A stretch of DNA of 64,000 nucleotides, from positions 1-64,000 of IMG/VR virus record IMGVR_UViG_3300024308_000302; one strand, 5' to 3'. The translations under genes and the position numbers were made by a program. The notes beneath the pieces are model-generated. The model made no database searches, was not told the DNA's origin, and was given only the letters and a program-made list of their open reading frames with translations. Shown piece by piece: positions 57,144 to 64,000 of the stretch (position 1 is the first letter of the stretch; every line of letters begins with the position of its first letter).

Positions 57144-57431
57144 TCAGTCTTCAAGAACATGAAAAGTGTATTTTTTAGTCAAGGCATCGAATTTATCTTT
57201 GAGATATTGTTTCATTTCATCCAAAGTATCAGTTTCGTGAGTCAAAAAAATCCATGTCCAGTCAGATTCTGTCTTTACAGTGAAAGCTGATTTCCACTTG
57301 TGCTGGCGATAGTTTGGTGCGGAAATCAAGCCTACAACTTCTTTTTTATATTTAATATCAACATCTGGCCAAGGATTACCAACCGAAGCCAACCCAGTTT
57401 CTTTTTTATGATTTTTAAATGTAAAAGACAT
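57144..57431 (-). CDS. hypothetical phage protein
   Basis: ORF in cassette. Confidence 0.75.
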   Translation of the reverse strand: MSFTFKNHKKETGLASVGNPWPDVDIKYKKEVVGLISAPNYRQHKWKSAFTVKTESDWTWIFLTHETDTLDEMKQYLKDKFDALTKKYTFHVLED

Positions 57432-57528
57432 ATTCCATCACCTTTAATTTGATAATGTTTTGATTATAACAAAGAACAGAAATTAAAGCAATAAAAAACC
57501 ACCCGAAGGTGGTTTAAAAAACTGCTTT

Positions 57529-58119
57529 TTAAAGGGCTGGGACAAGCCCTTTTGCAATGGCCATAGAAACCCCAAGAATCGTGTTACAAGCTCGAATTTC
57601 ACCAGAAGCAATCATTTCCATGGTTTTCTTACGAGAAATTTTGACAACCTGAATATCTTCGTCATCAATACCATGTGATTCTTCATAGTTGAAACGAGAC
57701 GAATCAACTTTTGCAAAATAGTGAATGTGCATTTCAGTCAGACAACCGGGAGTGGTATAACCTTTGCAAATAAACTGAATACTTGCAGGGTCAATTTTCA
57801 CGTTGGTTTCTTCTTCACCTTCACGATGTGCAGTGAATGCAGGATCTTCGTTAGGGTCAATATGACCAGCAACAGGTTCGATCAGCCAAGGATTTGTTTC
57901 AGTTTTGTGCATTGCTGGGCCGGTGCGGAATTGACGAACAAAAATGAATTCATCAGTCTTTTCATCAAAAAGAGTAAGGCAAATAGCATCTTGCTTGCTA
58001 ACAATGTAGTGCTCAAGCTTTTTTTCACCACCATTAATAGTGTCATGAGTAGCATGCACCAAAGCAAGCGACATGAAAGAGCGTTTAAATTCATATTCAA
58101 TTTCATCAATTTTGTACAT
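57529..58119 (-). CDS. Nudix hydrolase, ADP-ribose pyrophosphatase-like
   Basis: Nudix box GHIDPNEDPAFTAHREGEEETN; VRQFR, Y.TPG..TE, DEDI. Confidence 0.9.
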   Translation of the reverse strand: MYKIDEIEYEFKRSFMSLALVHATHDTINGGEKKLEHYIVSKQDAICLTLFDEKTDEFIFVRQFRTGPAMHKTETNPWLIEPVAGHIDPNEDPAFTAHREGEEETNVKIDPASIQFICKGYTTPGCLTEMHIHYFAKVDSSRFNYEESHGIDDEDIQVVKISRKKTMEMIASGEIRACNTILGVSMAIAKGLVPAL

Positions 58120-58213
58120 AACATTTCCTTTTGATTTAACGTTTACTTGCAATCATGATAGCAAATAAGCCATCAAATCGCAAGTTTTAATAGTGTATAA
58201 GCCCCAAAATCTA

Positions 58214-58672
58214 TCAGGTAGCAATCTTAGGCTCAGCATTTTTGTTTACAGCATGCCATTTTTGCTTTTTTTGTTGTCTTTTTGAAATATAGATTTCTGG
58301 ATTTTTAATCATTTCACCCAGTTTTTCAAGTGTGATAATCCTGTTTCCTTTGAGATTGTTGCAAACCTGACACATAGGTTGATAGTTTGCCAATTCATTA
58401 CGACCACCACGACTTTTAGGGTGAATATGGTCAACAGTCATAAGAATCATATCAGCAGTAAATACATCCCAATGGATTCCACCTTGTGAATCAATGGAGC
58501 GAACTACCTTTTCACCAATATTTGTACAGCCGGGAGTGACGCAAGCACAACCCTTGTGGAAAAACACTTGCAGGCGGCAATGATCTTTAAAACCTTCCAA
58601 ACGAGTAACAGGATATTCTTGATCGAAAAAAGCACCAAAACGTGGGATTTTTTGACCTTTAACAAGTTTCAT
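58214..58672 (-). CDS. HNH endonuclease-domain protein
   Basis: TVDHIHPKSRGG.N...N...MC..CN..KG. Confidence 0.9.
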   Translation of the reverse strand: MKLVKGQKIPRFGAFFDQEYPVTRLEGFKDHCRLQVFFHKGCACVTPGCTNIGEKVVRSIDSQGGIHWDVFTADMILMTVDHIHPKSRGGRNELANYQPMCQVCNNLKGNRIITLEKLGEMIKNPEIYISKRQQKKQKWHAVNKNAEPKIAT

Positions 58673-58741
58673 TGTTCGAATCCTTCTTTTTTTGATTTCT
58701 GTTTTTAGTGTAACATAAGTATATTTTTAGATCAACAAAAA

Positions 58742-58759
58742 AGCCACCCGAAGGTGGCT
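58742..58759 (-). terminator. terminator closing the minigene-array transcript
   Basis: GAGCCACC-TTCG-GGTGGC-TT plus U-tract. Confidence 0.85.
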
Positions 58760-58973
58760 CTTTATCTGAATTCTTCACAAGGCGGCATGATAAATGTGCC
58801 ATTTAATGAAAACCTTGCTCCAATCGCACCACTCTTTATATATATGAGATCTGCAAGATGCGATTCACTTCACTCATATCCACAACAGCTAAGTTCAGTT
58901 AAGGGGGCCTGTCGTGGTCAGCCATCACCTTAAATACATCATCATAATTAATCAAATATAAAATAATTAGAAG

Positions 58974-59417
58974 TTAGTTCTGCATCGGCGGTTCACCTCC
59001 CGGCACCCAATTAATTAGTAGGGGTTAATCGGCAATCTTAATCAAATTAATAGTTTCAAAATTATATAAGTTAGTCAACTTACTGCATCGGTAGCTCACC
59101 TCTGGCACTCAATTAAGTAGTGTGGAAGTCAAATTTGTTTCTAAGATTAATCAATAATAGGTTATCAAATTAACTTAGTACGGCATTGCTAGCTCACCTC
59201 CGGGCACTTCATTAAGAGTATCAATCGGTTTATAAAAAAGGTATTGCAATCAAATATTCTAAATTAATCAAGTCTATAATTTAAGTTCAATGCTGCATGG
59301 GTAGCTCACCTCGGGCACTTGCATTAATGTGTTCGGTTTAGGCTATTCTAACAAATTAATCAATAAAATAAAAGTTTTAATTTACTGAGTTTTACATTTT
59401 TAGCTCACCTCTGCACT
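58974..59417 (-). repeat. array of five approximately 100-nt units, each a strong-SD minigene (M*, MQH*, MPY*, MQ*, MQN*)
   Basis: core (A/G)GTGC(C)N0-2GAGGTGA-N7-ATG; ATG-to-ATG periods of 99, 112, 98 and 103 nt. Confidence 0.85.
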
Positions 59418-59435
59418 TTCTTTATTCTTTCTGTT

Positions 59436-59482
59436 TCTCGTCTTGATGTGGCTATAATATCAAAGAGTCACAAACCTGTAAA
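59436..59482 (-). promoter_or_regulatory. sigma70 promoter of the array, with the CATCAAGACGAGA start motif
   Basis: TTTACA-17-TATTAT with TGn extension. Confidence 0.8.
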
Positions 59483-59600
59483 GTGTTTTTTATAATTATT
59501 TTTCTATAAAAATCAAAGCCTTGAAGATAGCAATTAACGTGCCATAATGAAGTATAAACATAAAAAAAGCCATCGAAATGGCTTTTGTACAAATGCGATT

Positions 59601-60068
59601 TTAAGTATTGTATTTTTTTGATTGAGCTTGTGCTTTAGCTAAATCGTTAGGAGAAATTGAGCTAATAACTAACATGTCATTATCAATAAATCCATGAAGG
59701 GCGGTGTCACAACCATTAAAACGCCAAGTTTTAAAATATCCTTTTTCAATATTTATGACACTATTAATACATTCAATAACATTGCTACTGGAGAACAACA
59801 TATTAAAAGCTGGTAAATCTTTCTCATAAAGATTAGTAATGAGGATTTTAACATTACCAGTAGAATGAGAAGCTGGTTGGACGTGAATGGAATTGTTTTT
59901 AAACAAATAAGTTAAGTTAAAATCACTTGCCGCTTGAATTTCGTAGCAATGAGTCTCAGGCATTGATTGCAATTTTTTAATTTTAACAGGATCATTAAAC
60001 AATTTTGAAAGTTCAAAAAAATGTCCTTTTGTAACAACACCATGTAAAACCATGAAATTGGTAATCAT
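59601..60068 (-). CDS. hypothetical protein
   Basis: AAGGAG SD. Confidence 0.7.
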   Translation of the reverse strand: MITNFMVLHGVVTKGHFFELSKLFNDPVKIKKLQSMPETHCYEIQAASDFNLTYLFKNNSIHVQPASHSTGNVKILITNLYEKDLPAFNMLFSSSNVIECINSVINIEKGYFKTWRFNGCDTALHGFIDNDMLVISSISPNDLAKAQAQSKKYNT

Positions 60069-60141
60069 TTGACAAACTCCTTGAAAATATAAACAAGTAT
60101 AACAAATATTAAAAGTAAAATAAAGAAAAAGCTGACTTTTG

Positions 60142-60393
60142 TCAGCTTTTTAATGGTCTGTGATATTCATCCCGGCCATATTTTCTAAGTTTCGAATAAT
60201 CATTGTCACACATGGCCCATGCAAAACCCAAAATGTATACGAAAACCAGAGTATCTTTCATATATTCAGAAGGTAAGCCAACCCACACAAGGAAAGGAAT
60301 CAGCAAGATAAAATAACTTGGAACCATAATAAACAGCAAACGAGTAACATCACGATACCAGAAGAAGCACCAATATTTTTTTAGCGTATACAT
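60142..60393 (-). CDS. membrane protein (2 TM)
   Basis: GGAGG SD. Confidence 0.75.
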   Translation of the reverse strand: MYTLKKYWCFFWYRDVTRLLFIMVPSYFILLIPFLVWVGLPSEYMKDTLVFVYILGFAWAMCDNDYSKLRKYGRDEYHRPLKS

Positions 60394-60406
60394 AAGACCT
60401 CCAAAA

Positions 60407-60829
60407 TTAAGGTTTTACACCACTGATATAAAGTGTGTTTTCAATTCGATAGGCATACACCGAAATGCCTCTGGTTGAAAAGTCGATGTAATCATTACCT
60501 TTCAAATCAATGATTTTTTCAATCCTCTGAATGTTTAGAGAAGAAGTAAAGAAATCAGCAACAACAGCTAATTGAGCATGATCGAGGATATATTCAATAA
60601 CAATTTTAAAATCACCACCAATGCCACGACAAGGTGTCAGATGAAGGATAGAAGCTCGCTGGGTAGCATTAAAGCTGAATCCAAAACCACCTTTAATTTT
60701 GGTGACAGCACTTTCTTGCAAGTGTCTAAGTTTTTCAATCCTTTTGTAATTTCGAAATAATAGGCCAACAGCGGCTAAATCACCACTGTATTCAAAATGA
60801 TGTAAGACTGCCAGATCACGAAATAGCAT
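60407..60829 (-). CDS. hypothetical protein
   Basis: 140-aa ORF. Confidence 0.7.
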   Translation of the reverse strand: MLFRDLAVLHHFEYSGDLAAVGLLFRNYKRIEKLRHLQESAVTKIKGGFGFSFNATQRASILHLTPCRGIGGDFKIVIEYILDHAQLAVVADFFTSSLNIQRIEKIIDLKGNDYIDFSTRGISVYAYRIENTLYISGVKP

Positions 60830-60839
60830 AAAATAACTA

Positions 60840-60944
60840 TTATGCTACAAAGATGTAAAGGCAGAGAGCTGCAAAACCAGCACAAGAAATGTAGCAGCCA
60901 AGAACAGCAGGGTCACTAGCCAAAAGGTTTTGAATGAATTTCAT
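60840..60944 (-). CDS. 34-aa hydrophobic peptide (MKFIQNLLASDPAVLGCYISCAGFAALCLYIFVA)
   Basis: translated by hand; AGGAGG SD. Confidence 0.65.
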   Translation of the reverse strand: MKFIQNLLASDPAVLGCYISCAGFAALCLYIFVA

Positions 60945-61032
60945 AAAGACCTCCTAATAAATGTTATAAATATTATAACACAAAAAACCAAAAAAGCCAA
61001 GTTTCAAGCTTGGCTTCTTCATTAAAATTGCA

Positions 61033-61413
61033 TCAAATTGTGATAGTGCCAATAATAGGATAGTTGCCAACTGGAGCACTTTCATATTCTTCACCATCCA
61101 TGGAAATCAAAAAAAGTCCTTTTTGATGGTCAAAAGTGTCAACAATAAATGGTTTTTTATCGTAAACAATAACATCACGGGGTAGAAATTTACCTGAAAA
61201 ACGAATCAAAGCAGGGTTGAAGTCACCACCTTCTGTTTCGATCAAACTAAGGCGAATTGTATTTACTTGTGCCTCAAAAAGAAGATTTTCATTAACCTTT
61301 GAAGTGGTTGCCTGTACTACAAGATCAATATCTTCAACTGGATTTTCACTCTTTACACCACAAACTACAAGATTTTTCTGAATTTCTTGAAGATTAAGAG
61401 TTTCCATAATCAA
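61033..61413 (-). CDS. hypothetical acidic protein
   Basis: AGGA SD. Confidence 0.75.
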   Translation of the reverse strand: MIMETLNLQEIQKNLVVCGVKSENPVEDIDLVVQATTSKVNENLLFEAQVNTIRLSLIETEGGDFNPALIRFSGKFLPRDVIVYDKKPFIVDTFDHQKGLFLISMDGEEYESAPVGNYPIIGTITI

Positions 61414-61505
61414 ATCCTAATTGGTTGGTATAGGCATATTATAGCAAAAAGGGTACAGGCAGTAAACAAAAAAAAGCCCCGAAGGGCTTATTTATCGATT
61501 AATAT

Positions 61506-61760
61506 TTAAAGATGATGCATTTGTTTCAAAGCAGCTACCTGAGCCAAACGTTCAGCACAGTATTCAAGCGTTGCAGATACCATAGCTCCATGAACAGGAG
61601 AAATGATTTCAGCATAAGCATTGAAATTAGTTGGATTACTTTTTGGTGCGGTATACTTTACGTTACTAATTACAGCATCTTTATAGTTTTCTACATAATC
61701 TTTTGCCTGTTCAAAAGTCAGAGCTTTGAGAGCAGCGATACTTGCTTTAGAAAGTTTCAT
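61506..61760 (-). CDS. hypothetical protein
   Basis: AGGTG SD. Confidence 0.7.
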   Translation of the reverse strand: MKLSKASIAALKALTFEQAKDYVENYKDAVISNVKYTAPKSNPTNFNAYAEIISPVHGAMVSATLEYCAERLAQVAALKQMHHL

Positions 61761-61849
61761 TTTGGCACCTGTATAATATTTGATAGAAAGATTTTAACAA
61801 AAATTAGATTAATATACAACAACTCTTTTCAAATTATGAAAAAAGCCCA

Positions 61850-62032
61850 TCACGGGGCTTTTTCATTTTGTTTAAAAAGAGATGCAATATCACCATCAGC
61901 ATGTTTTGCAGCAAGTGTAAAAAGTTCGTCTGCTGGCATATTGTTAAACGTTTCAACAGTGGTATCAAGAGCTTTTTCAAGGTCTTTGGAAAGCTGAACA
62001 CCAAAGACCCTATCAAGAGCACTCAGAGACAT
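61850..62032 (-). CDS. small acidic protein
   Basis: TAATG overlap with the upstream gene. Confidence 0.65.
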   Translation of the reverse strand: MSLSALDRVFGVQLSKDLEKALDTTVETFNNMPADELFTLAAKHADGDIASLFKQNEKAP

Positions 62033-62634
62033 TAGCAAATACCCATCGCAACATCAAGGTCTTCTGCCAGTTTTTGCTGGTTTTCTGGCGAGAACGTTTC
62101 CATCAGGTTTTCGATTTCAGCATTGACGAATGCACGCATAGCTTTGATGTTGTCAGTGACAGACATTTTGCCATTCAAGGTTGCAACATACAATTGAGTA
62201 TGGGAAATGTAGTTACGAACAGTAACCAGTTTCAGACCACCACCCAGCATGAAGTTAACAGGCACATTATTGTCGTTGTCAAGATGGAAACCATCGAAGT
62301 CATCACCATTTTCAATGGTGCGATTATCAAGGTCTACAACAACAACTTTACGAGCACTGAGCGAAGTCATAGGGGTGGACTTGTTCAGGAAAATAGTGGT
62401 ATTTTTTGCACCTTTTGGCTTGGCATAACCAATTACAACAAAGCGATTTTCGATAACTCGCACAACTTGCGTTTCACCACTGTCCATAACCAGAGACAGA
62501 ACACCATCAACATCGGTTTTTTCCAGAACAAAGTTCTGAGTAAGCATTTTGGAAACAGCTTTCATTTCACTGTTTTTAGCAAAGATGCTGACCAGTTTTG
62601 CTTTCAGTGCCGAATGATTCAGTGCTTTAGTCAT
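62032..62634 (-). CDS. hypothetical protein
   Basis: start at MTKALN (AAGGA SD). Confidence 0.75.
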   Translation of the reverse strand: MTKALNHSALKAKLVSIFAKNSEMKAVSKMLTQNFVLEKTDVDGVLSLVMDSGETQVVRVIENRFVVIGYAKPKGAKNTTIFLNKSTPMTSLSARKVVVVDLDNRTIENGDDFDGFHLDNDNNVPVNFMLGGGLKLVTVRNYISHTQLYVATLNGKMSVTDNIKAMRAFVNAEIENLMETFSPENQQKLAEDLDVAMGIC

Positions 62635-62704
62635 TGTGTAATTCCTTTCTTCGTTGATTTGATGTGTATAGTATAGCAAAAACCTGTTGTTTGAACAAGT
62701 TTTT

Positions 62705-63382
62705 TTAAAGTTTTACGCAAACATTTCCGACTTCATCAAGGAATAAAATTTCACTAGATTCAACAACATCCCGTAGATGTTTCAAACGAGTTTCTTCAAC
62801 ATCTTTATTGATACGAGTCACGATAACCGTAACAGTGTCTGGCAATGCAGTGAAATTCAAGATAGATTCTTTACCGGGCTGTGCTGGCTTAATCGCATAC
62901 TTGTCTCGAACTTGAATTTTTTTACCTTCAAAAATCACAATGTCAGTAGGTTGATTTTTCAAAGAAACTTCAAAATAAGAATTATCAATAGAAACCAGAA
63001 TGTCAGTTGGACGCCGACCTTCCAACATAGGAATTTTAAGATTCAATACGGATTCAGTAAAAATACTATTAACAGAATTGAATTGCTCATTGGTTACAGA
63101 AACAGAGTGCATAACAGTTTCATTTTTAAGTTTATTTCGGAAGTTAACAATAAACTCTTGTTCAATATCAGCATCCAGATTTTTAACCAAGTCATTGGCG
63201 TTATTCAAAACATCCAGCACATGATCAAAATGAAATTCAAGACCACTGGATGGAAGCATACCTTCAACATTTGAAGCCGCCATAGAAACCACATCAGACA
63301 TTGAAGTCAATTGTTTAGAAAGACCTTGAACGGAAGCCAAAGAAGAAATGTTGCCAACGATAATAATAGACATGTTATTCAC
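62705..63382 (-). CDS. hypothetical protein resembling a degenerate P-loop/AAA N-terminal half
   Basis: N-terminal IIIVG strand and C-terminal ILFLDEV Walker-B-like motif; no GK[ST]. Confidence 0.45.
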   Translation of the reverse strand: MNNMSIIIVGNISSLASVQGLSKQLTSMSDVVSMAASNVEGMLPSSGLEFHFDHVLDVLNNANDLVKNLDADIEQEFIVNFRNKLKNETVMHSVSVTNEQFNSVNSIFTESVLNLKIPMLEGRRPTDILVSIDNSYFEVSLKNQPTDIVIFEGKKIQVRDKYAIKPAQPGKESILNFTALPDTVTVIVTRINKDVEETRLKHLRDVVESSEILFLDEVGNVCVKL

Positions 63383-63472
63383 CTGAATGTTTGTAGGTTC
63401 CTATTATACCTAAAAAAGAAAAAAATGACAACAAAAAAGCCGCTCGAAAGCGGCTTAAAAATTAAATTTATA

Positions 63473-64000
63473 TTATTCGTTCATCATAGCTTGCAGAATG
63501 GCAATAGATTTTACTCTTGGTTGTAAAAGCTCTTTAACCGCCCACATTTTTTCAAACAAATTAAACCAAAAAACAGAATCCCAAGATTTCAAAGAGTGAA
63601 GTTCGGTACTATTAAGGCTATGTTCAGTGCAAAGAGCTTTAATAATAGCTTCAATCAATTCACCACAAGCTTTTTTCCAACTGTTATCAATGTTTTCTGG
63701 CATATTGAATAAAAGTGGGTGACTTGCAAGTACAGTAAGTTCTTGAGAAGTAATACTTCGTTGTGAATCAAAATTGCAAGAAGCAAAAACATCAATATTT
63801 GCTTCAATATACTTATATTGCATAAGTTTCATTTCTCGTTCCACAACACGAGATTTATAAAAATCAGGAATAAGTTTTTTAATATCTTTGTCAATAATTA
63901 AAGGTTCTTGAAGATCTTTTGGAATATTCATGACTGCTTTACGAGGATTGGTTTCTTTCAAACCATCAACATGCAATTTACCATCACTGCCCCAATAGGC
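63473..64000 (-). CDS. hypothetical protein, 5' end beyond the window
   Basis: frame stays open to position 64000. Confidence 0.7.
   Translation of the reverse strand, partial: AYWGSDGKLHVDGLKETNPRKAVMNIPKDLQEPLIIDKDIKKLIPDFYKSRVVEREMKLMQYKYIEANIDVFASCNFDSQRSITSQELTVLASHPLLFNMPENIDNSWKKACGELIEAIIKALCTEHSLNSTELHSLKSWDSVFWFNLFEKMWAVKELLQPRVKSIAILQAMMNE

Noticed and set aside
58974-59417. CRISPR array or I-F repeat mimic (plus strand GTTCAC/GCTCAC resembles the start of I-F repeats)
   Set aside because: The repeats are not palindromic and vary internally, the spacers are about 70 nt, AT-rich and share motifs, and there are no cas genes. The conserved positions match SD plus ATG.
58974-59417. 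Type III toxin-antitoxin RNA mimic (pseudoknot repeats)
   Set aside because: No base pairing is conserved across all eight copies; kept only as a secondary hypothesis.
1-64000. Stop-codon reassignment
   Set aside because: TAA, TAG and TGA all end well-formed genes, and there is no suppressor tRNA.

Overview
AT-rich (roughly one-third GC by eye) accessory or early region of a large lytic dsDNA phage, probably a jumbo myovirus. The host is probably a GC-richer gammaproteobacterium, inferred from the sigma70 promoters, canonical SD sites and a tRNA set that reads UUA, AUA and AGA. About 125 mostly small genes lie almost all on the minus strand, usually as single cassettes of sigma70 promoter, gene and cUUCGg-type terminator. 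No structural, replication-core or integrase genes were recognised. Recognisable products are two thymidine kinases, a metallophosphoesterase, a trypsin-like lipoprotein, a YkgJ-type Cys-cluster protein, three GNATs, a T4 57B/Acb1-like 2H phosphoesterase, a SLOG protein, a GIY-YIG-like protein, an OMP beta-barrel, a SleB-type cell-wall hydrolase, a Nudix hydrolase, an HNH endonuclease and secreted Ig-like and fibrinogen-like proteins. A tRNA region (33.7-40.3 kb) carries Leu(UAA) x3, Leu(UAG), Leu(CAA), Ile2(CAU) x2 and Arg(UCU) x2, plus aberrant tRNA-like elements and several unassigned structured RNAs. Main leads: (1) a repeat family of 8 minigenes (extended SD GAGGTGA, exactly 7 nt, ATG, 0-4 codons, stop), five of them in an approximately 100-nt-period array on their own transcript; (2) a 167-nt tRNA-like, CCA-ended RNA containing a pseudoknot, a perfect SD and a short ORF, like a miniature tmRNA; (3) a conserved transcript-start motif that defines a putative regulon. 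All folding, alignment and counting was done by eye; no database searches were run.
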